From positions 14,632,001 to 14,696,000 of the forward strand of contig OZ024752.1 in assembly GCA_964016885.1 (NCBI GenBank): a stretch of DNA of 64,000 nucleotides, given 5' to 3'. Made by a program: the position numbers and the translations under genes. Numbering within the stretch: the first letter of the stretch is position 1; every line of letters starts with the position of its first letter. This document shows, piece by piece, positions 1-13,555 of this stretch. The stretch comes from Eledone cirrhosa. Its lineage: Eukaryota. The notes below the pieces were generated by a model, which was not told the DNA's origin, made no database searches, and worked only from the letters and a program-made list of their open reading frames with translations.

Positions 1-1272
1 TTCTAACTCTTCTGTAAAGGTAACAGGCGTACCCTTTCGTGATACCCTTAAAGCTAGTAATTTGTCAGCTCTCACTCTTTTGTCACACTGGAATATGGAT
101 ATATTTCCACATTTTGCTAGGCATCTGTGTATTATGGAAATGGCATAATCAAATAGTTAAGCATTTCGCTTAGCCAGCACTACGTCCTAATTACAATGCG
201 TGGTGTCTTGAGAAAATAGCATTTATCATATTCTTGAATTGTGAGTGAAGTTTTTTTAGATGGAAGCTAGTTGGGATTAAGTCGATTACACATGTAATTC
301 AAACGCTCAGAATTGTCATCCTCTTTTATATTAATCTCCCTGAGAAGTACAATAATGGTAGGTGTGCTGGTGGAATGCACAAACATCTTACAATTCAACT
401 TCATGAACCGGCTGTGCCGTTGTTCTAACAACTAGAACAACGGCTTTGGAACCGTTGGATATCCATTCCACGGTTATCCATTTACATTTGTTGTATATTT
501 CTTGCAACCTATGCCAAAATAAAGATCGTTCAAGTACGTATTAATTCGCGCGCCAAGGAAAATTAAAATGTTACAATTATAGCACCAACATTCCATCAGA
601 TAAAATCTATGAGTGAAAATGTCATTATTATCTTGTAGAATTGTCTCTTTTTTCTGTTTATGAACGCAGTGTCGTTTATTTTTTGAGAGATCCAATGATT
701 AACATTTCTCACGATATTCCGGGAGGAGGTTTTCTCTGGAAAATCCCTGTCGACATGTAATTTGTGAAAAAAAAAAAAAATGACTTTTTTGTAACATTCT
801 CTGTCTCTTGCGCCATTGTCGACAACAACGTATCTCTTTGTCGAATAGATTGTATTTGATTCGGATTATGTTTCGATTTCCACATAATATGGTAAAGTGT
901 TGTCGTTGATTTTGCCAGGAATTGTCCATTCTATATTCACCCTAAATCACATTTTACTATATTTAAACGGGCTTTACGTATATATGCTTGTCGATATTAG
1001 CTGCATATTCTCAAACCGTCGAGATATAATGTGTGTTCATGTCCATATGTATGTCCTCACAGAAGATTAGATACATTTTTAATGTATTTAAACGTTCGTA
1101 TAGAGCTAGTAAGCCATGATATATGAGGAAGTATCGAGGACTCCTTACAGTTCGTAATAAAAAAGGAACTTGTGAGACAAGTAATAAAGAAAATAACTTA
1201 AAAAATGAAGAAGAAAAAAAGTAAATAATAAAAACAAAATTTGCTTAGGTGTCTGGATGCTGCTTGTGTGTG

Positions 1273-1340
<68 letters not shown>

Positions 1341-1528
1341 CGTGTGTGTGTGTGTGTGTGTGTATTCATGTTTCCAAAAAGGACAGATTTTTAATGAGGG
1401 ACTTTACTGAAATTACCACCGCCGGTGACATCCTTTTACTGACAAACAAATAGTAATAGCATTAGCTTACTTCCGAAATCAGGGTTCCTAGGAAGGTGTA
1501 AGTCAGTTTACCATTTATTTTATATCTA

Positions 1529-1562
1529 TACTAGCAGAATGGCTCGGCGTTGCTCGGGATTC
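1529..1562 (+). mobile_element. 5' end of Helentron-associated non-autonomous element (HINE/DINE-1-like)
   Basis: ACTAGCAG...CTCGGCGTTGCTCGGG, the same terminal palindrome as at 17523 and 38170. Confidence 0.55.
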
Positions 1563-1816
1563 TAAACATAGATTGGCATGTTTATCCTTCCTTTCTGAAA
1601 CAGTTTCGTCGTACGTTCACCAATTGATGCAAAAGTCCTAATAAATGGTGAAGTCGCCTTGGGCGAATAGGCAAATAATTTTCCATTAAGATTTTTCAAA
1701 AGCATGTAATTGCGTTCCCTTTCTTTTTTTTGTTGTTGCTTTTGCTGCTGTGGAGCCTCGTGAAATAAATACGCTTGTTTATATTTTGTTATTGTGTATG
1801 CAAAAATATCTGTACA

Positions 1817-1860
<44 letters not shown>

Positions 1861-1972
1861 TAACAGATTAAAATTTAAGCGAAGAATCGGTGCTTTCATC
1901 CTTAACGGGAGCTTCGGAAACTAAAAAAATCAATCTGTGAACGAATAAGTAAATATTTTGAAACACGTTACA

Positions 1973-2012
<40 letters not shown>

Positions 2013-2075
2013 TATATATACATACACACACACACAGCCACATAGCCTCATAATGTCATAATAATAATAACAACA

Positions 2076-3838
2076 AGGTGGCAGATAACATCAGACATTT
2101 GTTGAGCAAAAGTATGAGGTCCTGGGAAACAGAGTTAACATCGGGTGGAGAATCCTTGGAAGCGTGAAGATCAAGAGAGGTATCTTCCAGGGAGATAGTT
2201 TCTCCCCTCTGCTATTTGTCCTTGCTCTGAGACCCCTGGCCGTTATATTGCGAAAAGTGAGAGCAGGATACAAGTTGGGAAAAGGAGAGCTTACCATCAA
2301 TCACCTCCTCTTCATGGGCGATCTTAAACCCTTGGGGAAGAGTGAGACGGAGTTGGATGTACTTGTTGACACTGTCCGTATTTTCAGCAATGATATATAT
2401 ATGGAATTTGGTATTAATAAGTGTGGAGTGCTTGCGATGAAGAGGGGTAAATTGAGCAGAAGCAACGGAATCCAGGTACCAACACATGAAATGATAAAGG
2501 AAATTGACACTAAGGAGGGAAACAAATGTTTAGGTGTTCTGAAGGGCAGATGACATCAAACATGAAGGAATTGATAAGATCTGAGTTCATAAGGAGAGTA
2601 AGGAGCGTACTAAAATCACATCTAAATAGTAGAAATGTCATAAGTGCAGTAAATTCCCGAGCTGTGTCTATGATTAGGTACAGTGCCGGAATTCTGAAAT
2701 GGAATGTTGCTGAACAAAAAGAAATGGATAGGAAGACTAGGAAGCTATTGACTATCTACAACATGTTCCACAAGAGGAGTGATGTCGATAGACTCTACTT
2801 AAAGAGATCGGAAGGCGGAAGTGATCTTATCAGCATAGAGGACTGTGTTCAGATGGAGAAAAACAACCTGCACATATACGTGGCTGACAGTAGGGAGCCA
2901 ATGCTCAACATTGTACTGAAGGAGAAGTCCATAGAACAGGGGATGTCCAAGGAGGAAATGACAACAATGAGGAAGAGCAACCTTCATGAAAAATCCCTTC
3001 ATAGTACCTGCTTTAAGGAAACGGAATTTAGAGATCCACAGACATGGAACTGGTTAAAAAGAGGAGACCTTAAAAAAGCTACAGAAGGAATGTTAATGGC
3101 TGCCGAAGAGGAAGCCCTCAGAACGAAGTGGGTGAAACACCATATTGACAAGGAGGAGGCTAGCTCACTGTGTAGGATCTGTGGAGAGTGAGAGGAGACT
3201 GTGGCTCACATTGTATCCGAGTGTAAACACCTAGCCCAGAATCATTATAAAGGCTGGAGACATGATGTGATAGGCAGGGTGATCCACTGGCATCTATGCA
3301 AAGTAAACAATTCACCAGCTTCTGAGAAGTGGTATGAGCATAAGCCAGAGTCGATGATAGAAAACGATCGGGTGAAGGTGCTATGGGATTTTAGGATACA
3401 GACGGACACAAAGTTAGAACACTATAGGCCTGACCTGGTGGTTTTGGTCAAGGAAAAAAGACCGCGCCTGAGTGTAGATGTAGCCTGAACATTTGACACG
3501 GGAGTACAAGAAAAGGAGAGGGAGAAAATTAACCGATACCTGGATTTAAAGAGGGAGTTAAAAAGGATTTGGAACTGTCATGAAATCAAGGTCGTCCCGA
3601 TTGTCATAAGCGCACAAGGTACTACCTCAAAGAGTTCCCAAGGATGGTTAAAGATGATTATTCCAGCCCCGCTTTTTGGAACACTTCAAAAGGCATGATT
3701 GCTAGGAACAGCAAGAACCCTCCGATACGTCCTGAATATCTGAGGCTGTAGGTAGCGGCTTGATATTGATATTCATTTCAACAAACTTTCCAGTTAAATA
3801 ACAACAGTGACTGAGACTCAAAGAACAATAATAATAAT
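2076..3838 (+). mobile_element. 5'-truncated, disrupted non-LTR retrotransposon, R4/Dong-like (RT + CCHC + restriction-like endonuclease)
   Basis: RT motifs IKRGIFQGDSFSPLLF and HLLFMGDLK; CRICGE*EETVAHIVSEC zinc knuckle; RPDLVV...VDVA RLE motif; ends LRYVLNI* at 3743; frameshifts and stops; (TAA)n on both flanks. Confidence 0.9.
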
Positions 3839-4024
3839 TGTTTCTACTTTTTGGCACAAGGCCAGCAATTACGCAGTACATTACTGGTACTTTATTTTAT
3901 CGACCCCGTAAAGATGAAAGGCAAAGTAAACCTCGGCTGGATTTGAACTAAGATTATAAAGGGACGTAACTATGCTAGAAAGCATGGCGTCTGACCCTCT
4001 ACCGATACTGCCAATTCACCACCC
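3837..4024 (-). mobile_element. tRNA-derived SINE
   Basis: Reverse strand: TGGCAGTATCGGTAG A-box, GTTCAAATCC B-box, core GCCTTTCATC...GGGGTCGATAAAATAAAGTACC, (ATT)n tail; multicopy in window. Confidence 0.85.
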
Positions 4025-4051
4025 TTAAGAACAATGATAATCATAATAATA

Positions 4052-4240
4052 ATTGTTTCTACTTTTGCCACAAGGGCAGCAATTACCCAGTGCATTACTG
4101 GTACTTTATTTTATCGACCCCGAAAGGATGAAAGGCAAAGTTAACCTTGGCGGGATTTGAACTCAGAATGGCAAGGTACGTAACTCCATACGTCAAAGCA
4201 TGGCGTCCGACCCTCTACCGATACTGCCAATCCACTGCCC
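4052..4240 (-). mobile_element. tRNA-derived SINE (tandem second copy)
   Basis: Same A/B boxes and core as 3837-4024. Confidence 0.85.
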
Positions 4241-4683
4241 AAATAATAATAACAACAACAACAAACAAACCACCAATACAGATAGGATTTAATAGGTTTT
4301 TACTGAACTTCCACGCACGGAACTACAAATGAAATGTGAAAATTACGGCTAATGACACATCTTCACAAACATGCAATGTGTTAATATGCCATATCGTTTA
4401 TATTATAATAAAGATTTATTACTTGATTCTAATAGCAAGCTGTGCCACTGATAACATTCCAGATAACGTCTCAGTGGTAATATAGTTATTCATAATTACA
4501 AGCTAAACAATATATATATATATACATACACATACATACATACTCACACACACATATACATACACACACACATATATATATATATATACATACATACACA
4601 CACACATATATACATATATATATATATATACACATGCATACACATACACACACAGGCACACACACACATATACATACATATAC

Positions 4684-4715
<32 letters not shown>

Positions 4716-5029
4716 ACATATATTCAACTCAATATTCATTATGAATTTATCATGTTATACACGATTGTAAATTATACGAGCATGTGTGAAGTAGAATGGA
4801 ATAGAATATGACTAAGATATACCTGTGTTAATATAAAATATGGCATTAGTGACCACATGGTCGATATTTTATATCCGTTTATATATGTGACATGTGTACA
4901 AACGACAGACAAATATGTGACGTCTAAACTTCCTGTTGCCAAATTAGACCCTACATTACGCAGTTCAAGCTCGAATTGCAGACGTGGGACGAAAGCAGCC
5001 GTGAACACGTTGATAAATTATGTATTCTC

Positions 5030-5330
5030 CAATACCTCCTTCCCATTCGAAAAAGGAAGATCCTGGGGGTCACATGTTGTGACATGTTCTCCACCGGCAA
5101 CCTAGTCACTTCGGCCACAAAGCCCTGGAACTGTAGCCCGCAATGCAGTGGAAATTGAATAGTCCGGTCCCTTCCTCTCAGCACTGGTTGCGGTCGAGAT
5201 CTTTAGGTGTAATCGGACCCCGAACTCCCGTGCTCCGTTGCAGGACCGGAACGTCAATATCCCGTCTGAGGAAGGAGCCCCACGAAGGTGATTGGAGTGG
5301 GTGTTACTGTGCATTGTCAGCGGATATAAT
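5030..5330 (+). pseudogene. Possible highly decayed LINE RT/thumb fragment
   Basis: LPIRKRKILGVT resembles the KxLGVT RT motif; GC-richer island; remainder degraded. Confidence 0.3.
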
Positions 5331-5818
5331 TTTCCGGTCTTTTTCATGTGGTGCATGCCCAACACCACCAACGTGTTTACAGACCCCCCCCCCCTTTCCA
5401 CTTCAGCCTGTGCCCATAGAGCCCTTGCGTTTCCTTTCTTCTTCCGCTTATAAATAATTCTAGATTGTTCTTAATAATTTTATAGCCATTGATACACATT
5501 GGCACTCAACAGATAAACAGTCATTAGAAGAAAGAAAAAGAAAAGAGTTGACATCAAATAAGAAAAGTGTCATGTAGTGGATACAGTTTACCATCTGAGA
5601 GAAAATCACCCAGACATATATTGTCTATTAGATTTTTTGTCTACTTAATCGAAAGTAATATCTCTAAAAGTTTCCAATAGTTACACGTTTTTTGTTGGTA
5701 TTGCGTCATAAAATATTCTTACAACAACACAAGTATTTATATATATAAACAAATACAAACAATTTGATTAATCGGATCTGTGTGTGTATATATATATGTG
5801 TGTATGTATACTTATAAT

Positions 5819-6112
5819 CGAGGGTAATCAAAAACGTAAGGTCTCCAGAGCGATGGGGACGCAGAGAAACTGTTCGTACGGCTGTTGGCAACACTACTGC
5901 GATTGCTGATTCCTTGACTCTCAAACAAGCATGCGAACGCTTCACTGGGATACTCAATCTTGGCATGGCAGCAGTTGAGAATGGCGCTCCCGTTGAACGC
6001 TAATGGATTGTCTCTGCATTTTGGTTCTCGAGGTTTCCCGAAACACAATCCACAGGATTTTAACGGAAAAGTTTCAATATCGGAGGGAGACCTTACGTTT
6101 GGGATTACACTC

Positions 6113-6113
<1 letters not shown>
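5819..6113. mobile_element. Tc1/mariner-type MITE
   Basis: 28-bp TIRs CGAGGGTAATCAAAAACGTAAGGTCTCC / GGAGACCTTACGTTTGGGATTACACTCG, TA on the right flank. Confidence 0.8.
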
Positions 6114-6149
<36 letters not shown>

Positions 6150-6154
<5 letters not shown>

Positions 6155-6201
6155 ATACTTGGGGAAGGTCATATTTGTGTAATATTGCCAGAATTAATAA
6201 C

Positions 6202-6204
<3 letters not shown>
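6150..6204 (-). mobile_element. Terminal fragment of PLE family ending ATGACCCTCCCAAGTATAACAA
   Basis: Reverse complement of the termini at 9160-9183 and 42890-42931; embedded in (TA)n. Confidence 0.7.
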
Positions 6205-6279
<75 letters not shown>

Positions 6280-6281
6280 TA

Positions 6282-6511
6282 TAACATCAAAAGATGGGTT
6301 AAAAGAGTTCCATGTATTTTATTATGCGCATTTCAAAAACAAATATCATCATGCGATGACATTTGCGTTTTCGTCATGTAAAATAGGGAGACATGATGTG
6401 AAGGTTAAAAAACACTTGTGAATAGTGCAGTTTTAAATCAACATATGCTGTTTTAAATCTGTTTTAAATCTGCATTGCTTTATTGTACTACAATAAAACT
6501 CACCTCCTACA
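6282..6511. mobile_element. Diverged rearranged copy of the 26563-28783 pLTR family with decayed HHR (6318-6382, minus)
   Basis: Matches 26570-26735 and then terminus 28740-28783; minus strand AUGACGA...GAAA-UGCGCA-UA. Confidence 0.75.
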
Positions 6512-6614
6512 TATATGTGTGTGTGCGTATATATATTCACACACGCACACATACATACAGACAGACATATATATGTATATATATTCACACACATATATAT
6601 ATATATATATACAT

Positions 6615-6706
<92 letters not shown>

Positions 6707-7067
6707 GTTGACAATTATATTAATGTGCACGGGCACGCAGATATATTGCCCTTGGTATTACAGTGTGGTTTTAGCTCCATGTAGGATAACTAGTATACTA
6801 CAGAGCCGTTATATGTTTAAGAATAACCAAACAGCAACATAGTTGTGATTAATAGTTTTAGTCGTGAGTTTACTATATATCCTACAGTATCTGCACACAA
6901 CAGAAATTTTGCACTCACTATAATAAATCAGCTTATTAATGTAACCATAACTGCTCTTCCTTCTCTCTGCCATAGGTAATCCCGTCAGCGGAGTTTTCTA
7001 TATACGCTTTCTGTCTACGCTTTTTGTATTATATTCGACAAATATTATATACTTATATATATATATT

Positions 7068-7155
<88 letters not shown>

Positions 7156-7172
7156 GTATATATATATAAATG

Positions 7173-7204
<32 letters not shown>

Positions 7205-7207
7205 TGC

Positions 7208-7463
7208 AAAAGTTTTATTTAAAATTGTTGGGTTACAACGAGTAAATATTTTATAACTGATATAAAGCACTCAACAAGTTTTGGAGTAGATATACGATAT
7301 TAAACAAAACGATATACGATATTAAACCAAACGATATACGATATTAAACCAAACCAACTTTTTTAAATGGAAGTTTCAATATTTTATGGTACGTCAAATT
7401 TATTTATAAAACTGCTTATAAATATGGTTTTATAAATATAGTTTCCATTTGTTTAATATCGTA
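7208..7463. mobile_element. Small fold-back relic of the 51861/58314 pLTR family, with 3x 21-bp internal repeat
   Basis: TTTAAAATTGTTGGGTTACAAC...AAGCACTC matches 51870-51930; inverted segment at 7420-7463. Confidence 0.7.
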
Positions 7464-7493
7464 TATATACATATATATATATAAATGTATATA

Positions 7494-7525
<32 letters not shown>

Positions 7526-7526
7526 A

Positions 7527-7605
<79 letters not shown>

Positions 7606-7874
7606 AATATATATACGTATATATGTATGTATGTATGTGTGCGTGTTTGAATATATATATATATACACACATAATTCTACTTTTGAAAAGCACAAGAACT
7701 GAGAAACCAGTAAAGGAAAGAAATAAGTATATTTAAAAATAAAATGGACCCCAGTTGCATTTTCGATTTCATCTTTTTTCCTTATATATATATATATATA
7801 TGTATTTATATATATAGATATATGTGTATTTATATATATATGTATATATATATATGTATTTATATATATATATG

Positions 7875-7923
<49 letters not shown>

Positions 7924-7934
7924 TTACATATATA

Positions 7935-7987
<53 letters not shown>

Positions 7988-8031
7988 CTATATACATATA
8001 TATACATATATATATGTATATATATTTATAC

Positions 8032-8063
<32 letters not shown>

Positions 8064-8249
8064 GTATATATGTGTATATATATATACATATATATGTATA
8101 TATGTGTATATATATACATATATATGTATATATGTGTATATGTATACATATATATATATACATATAAATATGTATATATATTTATACATATATATATATA
8201 TATATATACAAATATGTATATACATATATATGTATATATATACACATAT

Positions 8250-9183
8250 ATTAGAAGGGCCCTAAATAAACATAAACTCAATATTAAGATAGTAGAAAGA
8301 CCAGGTACCTCCGTAAAAACACTTATTAGCAAGACATACCCGTTGCAAAGACCCTCATGTATAGATAAGAAATGTATAACCTGTAAAATAAGCCCCCATA
8401 TTAACTGTAAAACTAGAAATGTAGTGTATAGCATAAGATGTACTGAAGGACAATGTAGAAACAAAAATATAGTGTACATAGGTGAGACAGCTCGTAGTAT
8501 AGGGGGAACGAATAAATGAACACTGGCGAGACCTTCAAGATAATAAAGAATCATCTGTGCTCTACCAACATGCTAAGATAGAACACAGGGGTAGATTAGA
8601 GAACATAGAAATAAAAATAGAATCCACACACAGAAAAGTTGCAATGTTTAGGCAAATTACAGAGGCAGTAAGCATAAAAGAATTACAACCAAAATTAAAT
8701 AGAAAATATGAGTGGAACAGCAACATCACAACTTACAATTAAGGACAACATGAAAACACACACAGAACAAAATGAAAACACACACACACATAGAACAAAC
8801 AACCAACCAACAATAAATAAATAAATAAATAAACAAATAGATAAATGAACACAAACACACACAGACACCCGGATGTGGCGCATGCGCAAACTGAGCACAC
8901 AACACACACACAGAAACAAAATGGCGTAGGATAGAAGAAAGGAAAGGCACAGAAACAAAGAAAGGAATCCCCAGTCACTGAAGAGGTCACAGAGTGTGTG
9001 ACGAAAGGACTATGACTATATATAAACAACTATCTGGTTGTGGAACCAACCAACCAACCAACCAGAAATTTATAAGTTTGTAGATTTGTAAATTTATGAA
9101 TTTATAAATATATAATAAATTGAAGTGAAAGCAACTGGTGCGTGTGTTTCTTATTGGCAACATGACCCTCCCAAAGTATAACA
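8250..9183 (+). mobile_element. Penelope-like element 3' part: GIY-YIG endonuclease (frameshifted) + pLTR
   Basis: CITC...[13 protein letters not shown]...VYIGETARS...RQITEAVSIKELQPKLNRK; HHR at 8973; ends in (TA)n. Confidence 0.88.
8973..9017 (+). ncRNA. Minimal type I hammerhead ribozyme
   Basis: AGUCA-CUGAAGA-G-GUCACA/UGUGAC-GAAA-GGAC-UA-UGACU; stems I and II pair. Confidence 0.8.
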
Positions 9184-9187
9184 ATAT

Positions 9188-9242
<55 letters not shown>

Positions 9243-9768
9243 TACATATGTATATATACATATATAGATATATAAAAGTGGATGAATACCTCAACAGCCA
9301 CTAACTACCTATAGAAATATGCAAGGTGTTTATAATAGTTGTGGTTCTATGGTACTAATTTGAGATACCAGAACAATATAAAAAGAGCGGAGCAAGCGGT
9401 TATCAAACAATACCCACTACAACCACCATAATACTCTTGCTTACCCGCTTAAATTCCTTGCATTACATGTAACACCTTGCCACACAATACTCGTATATAA
9501 ATGAGACACACTTGCATGCTCCATGTATGACAAACGCATCCACTATCTACTAGATCTGATTATCGAACTATCCTCTTGCATTATCTGTGTTAACTGCCGC
9601 ATGTATTTCAATTTTAATTTTAATTTTGATTTTAAATTTGAATTGCTGTACAAGTATAGTATAGTATAATATATGTCACCCCACTGTACATCAATATATA
9701 TATATATATGTATGTGTATGTCTCTTGCGTTGGATAGGAGGTCAACTATATGCACAAGCATTGAAAAA

Positions 9769-9815
9769 TGCTCCGAAGACTACAAGTCTAAGTTTGGATG
9801 AAACAATTGTAAGTG
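9769..9815 (+). ncRNA. Hammerhead-like motif, CCGAAGA core (diverged copy of 24388 family)
   Basis: UGCU-CCGAAGA...GAAA-CAAUUG-UA-AGUG; downstream 9820-9935 matches reverse complement of 22620-22740. Confidence 0.55.
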
Positions 9816-10010
9816 AATAAATGCTTTGAACATAGCTTTGATTCTTGTGAATTCTATATAACTGCTCTGTAGAACAAGTGATGTTATTACATTGAGCTAT
9901 TTATCTTACTGGTAATAAGGTAGTAATAAATTACTGATCTTCCCTGTTTATAGTTCAAAATATACATAACTATAAAAAATGTAAAATATACATAACAATA
10001 AATAGTATCC

Positions 10011-10085
<75 letters not shown>

Positions 10086-10090
<5 letters not shown>

Positions 10091-10166
10091 AAGTTAAATA
10101 AAAAGTCAAATGTCTAAAATTTAGCCTCGTTTATCACTGCTATATATATTTCAGTGACAGCCATCT
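10086..10166 (-). mobile_element. Truncated copy of 36775 pLTR family (3' half of HHR)
   Basis: Near-identical to 36775-36855. Confidence 0.7.
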
Positions 10167-11163
10167 CAAATCTCTCTATATATATATATATTAAAATAAC
10201 AGATTAAAGTTTAAGCAAAGAATCGCTGCTTTCTCCCTGGAATCACTCTAAGCCAATGACCACATCTTAAACAAAAGATCTGAGGCATTTCGTCTTGTAA
10301 ACATTAATTGCATAAGCCTTTCCTTTATTACGGCCCCATTTTATACCCTAACGGATAGTACGAACAATAAGCGGATAGTTTACGTCTCGATGTGGTAGCT
10401 AAGTATATGTTATGTTTATGCCATTACTTATTTGTATAGGTAAGTATATACTTCCTGTATGTTTTGTGAAGGTACGCATACTTTCTCGTAAGTATATTTG
10501 CTTGAATTTGTTATAGGTGTATATATTATATTATATATACTGGTACATGTGTATATGTTTATGTTTATACGTGTATTTTACGTTTGTTTGTGTATGCGGG
10601 TTTGCACGTATGTAGGGTGTGTGTATATGTGTACTTTGTGTTTTCATTGACGTACGTTTAGCGAACATATATGTATTTACCTGTAGGTATGTGTGTGCAC
10701 GCGTTATATACGTATTTATGTGTGTATATTTATATACGTTTATATAATTATATGTATACACGCACACACACATATACATATATATTTTTTTAAATATTTG
10801 TATGTGTATTTGCTGTATACGTCCGTATGTGTGCGGGTACAGGTGTTACGCGGATTTTTGTATGTGCGCGCGTGTTTTGTGTACGTGCTTGTGTACATGC
10901 ATACCCATAGCGGGTGTTTTCGCGTATGCCCGTGTATGTACGTATATGGATGCGTGCCTGTATATATTTAATTATTGTTGATTTCAATAATCTCTGTAAT
11001 TTATTTACATTATTCTTAACTCTGAAGCCGAGTATCATTCGGTTTCCTAAATAGTGTTTTAGTCTACGACTTCAGTTATACCATAAACTTGGTTTTGTCT
11101 TTGCGTGTAATTGTTCTCATCGCTCATAATGACGTATTATCTTCGTTTTTTCAGTAGACAGGA

Positions 11164-11226
11164 GGGAGTAGTTAGCCTTGATAAGCATCAATAAATGCGA
11201 AACAAGGCCTTGTCGGCTTATCTCCC
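11164..11226 (+). ncRNA. Type I hammerhead ribozyme, U3-A8 variant
   Basis: GGGAG..AGCC-UUGAUAA-GCAU/AUGC-GAA-ACAAG(GC)CUUGU-C-GGCU..CUCCC; GUC site at 11214. Confidence 0.8.
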
Positions 11227-11482
11227 CTTGTTTGCTGAGATTAAAGTAAGTGAGTTTGTCACTACTCTAAAACAATAGCATACTGTCTTCAAAATGATTC
11301 TAATTAAGCATAAAGTGTATTGCAAAATACAGTATATATAAATTCATATATATATTGCTATTTCAGAGCTCCAATTCTAATTTTTAATTTCTGCCTGACC
11401 GGCAACCGCTCTGTATAATCAGTTCCTGATTATTTACTAGAATTCTATAAGAATATAACATCAGTGATCTCAGTAGACAGGA

Positions 11483-11545
11483 GGGAGTAGTTAGCCTTGA
11501 TAAGCATCAATAAATGCGAAACAAGGCCTTGTCGGCTTATCTCCC
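11483..11545 (+). ncRNA. Type I hammerhead ribozyme, U3-A8 variant (copy 2)
   Basis: Identical to 11164-11226; GUC site at 11533. Confidence 0.8.
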
Positions 11546-11775
11546 CTTGTTTGCTGAGATTAAAGTGAGATTGTCACTACTCTAAAACAATAGCATACGG
11601 TCTTCAAAATGCTTTTAATTAAGCATAAAGTATATTGCAAAATGCATTATATATACATTCATATATATATTTCTATTTCAGAGCTCCAATTCTAATATAT
11701 ATATATAGGTATGTATATCTGCCTGTGTGTCTGTGACATGTGTGTATAGGTCACATACACCCATATATATATATT

Positions 11776-11970
11776 GTTCCACAACAGTAGGTTTATCATT
11801 ACCGAGAATAATTGTATCATCTTATTCGGATTATCGAGCTGATGATCCGAACCAGGTGAACCAATTGTTCTCGGTATGTTGAACTAACTGTTGTGGAACT
11901 ACTTCTACCAAACTCGTCCCATGGACGGAGTGCTCTACTACTACGGACACTCACACACCAGTGGTTATAT
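11776..11970 (+). mobile_element. pLTR with 5' fold-back (11776-11899) and decayed HHR (11835-11873)
   Basis: CGAG-CUGAUGA...GAAC-CAAUUG-UU-CUCG inside an imperfect 124-bp palindrome; GAGTGCT at 11928. Confidence 0.65.
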
Positions 11971-11989
11971 CGGAAGCCTTTTAATTACG

Positions 11990-12480
11990 TAATATGTCAC
12001 AACTACTGCTCCATCTTTAACAGACACCGGGTGAAACTAGGATACTCCTATGCTAAGAATATAAAAGGTCACATCACCAACAGCCCTAAGAGCAGTATGC
12101 AACCAGGATACTCTTGCTGAAGGCCTGAATCTTGTCCCCTTCATCAACAATGTAACACATCCACTGTAATTTACGAAGATGTGGTCACTGAACCAAATCA
12201 ACAACGATAGTTTATATGCTATGTAGGTATGGTGGCGGGCCGGTTTAAGGAAAACTTTCTGAATCATCAGTCGACCTTCAGATACCCGGACACAGGATCG
12301 TTCACAAAGCCTGCGAGCCACGTATCGTCCATCAAGGACACAGGCGTAGATTACTCCATCCAATTGAAAGTTATTACTAAATCTAAGCCAAACGCTAATA
12401 GGAATCCGTCTTGTGGGCTGTGCGTTGAAGAAAGAATCAAAGAATCAAAGAAGCCCCCGCTATTCAACCTATACATGAAC
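11990..12480 (+). pseudogene. Decayed Penelope-like linker + GIY-YIG endonuclease
   Basis: IFNRHRVKLGYSYAKNIK...CPL...YVGMVAGRFKENFLNHQSTFR...CGLCVEE. Confidence 0.8.
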
Positions 12481-13465
12481 AAATTGACAATAATATGGAT
12501 CATTTGGCATATATGTACTCTGTGAATTTGCATTCATTCATTAATTCATTCATTTGTTCTTTTCTTTTGTGTACTTTATATATGTCTTTGTTGGTTTTGT
12601 TCCATGTGATGGAAATTACGACTATGTACCCAATTGACTACTACCTGTAATACTGTAATTTACCCTCAGTTCTACTGTACGGCACATCGTTCGGTATGTA
12701 GATAGGGTAACTGTAACATTAGGACCCCTTTCAGAACTTCTTACTTAAACGTCTCTCTGCTAATTATTTACTCACTGCAATCTATATATTTTTTCTACTC
12801 ACCTCAATCCGGATTCTCACTTGAAAAATCTTTAATTGTTTAATTTCTATTTGTTAATTTTTTAATTTATAATTTCTGATACTTGATTTAGGATTTTCGA
12901 TTTTAAATTGTTATTTTTAGTTCTAATTTCACTTATAACTTCCAATATGAAACTATGATATATAGAATTAAAAATATATACACTTAGGGGTTGATGGTCA
13001 GTTATTGGTGAGAGGTGGTGTAGAGACCTGTAAATACCAACACTCTCCCATCCCCACTGGCTTTCGGCTGACTGCCACAGACGGGATGGGGAGCAGTAAA
13101 CTATCGTGCCGGCTTGAATGGGTCACTGCCTGGCTGAGAGAGGGAACTGACCAAGCGAATTTCGTGTAAATCTGCGGTAGCTAATGGTCAACTTCCCCCT
13201 GGACCTGTGCCTGCGCAGACCAGTGGGGGTTAATTGCTACTCACAGGGGAACGGATGAAGAACCCAAAAGCACATACTTCATCCGTTCCCATGTCGATTC
13301 AATTTGGATTGCCTCGGAAAATAACCGTATTATGTAACAAGCTGTCTGACGATGTCGCGAGACTGACGTACAGAACAGTGTGGCCACTTTCGCCATTGAA
13401 ATATATATCACAGCTTTATTATTAAAGGACTTGAACATCTGAAACTACTTCGTTTTTCCTTATTC

Positions 13466-13555
<90 letters not shown>

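Larger units (their letters stand above)
11151..11696 (+). repeat. Direct tandem duplication (period 319 bp), each unit carrying a hammerhead
   Basis: TCAGTAGACAGGAGGGAG...GAGCTCCAATTCTAAT at 11151-11381 and 11470-11696. Confidence 0.9.

Noticed and set aside
416-444. Perfect 12-bp hairpin GCCGTTGTTCTA/TAGAACAACGGC followed by TTT, terminator-like
   Set aside because: Single occurrence in eukaryotic DNA with no supportable associated gene; neighbouring ORFs 474-929 are unrecognisable
3837-4240. tRNA genes
   Set aside because: A/B boxes belong to SINE heads; no complete cloverleaf
12115-12123. In-frame TGA in Cys-rich PLE linker as selenocysteine (Naiad-type)
   Set aside because: It aligns to the Arg after CxC (likely CGA to TGA decay); the copy has other lesions and no SECIS was found
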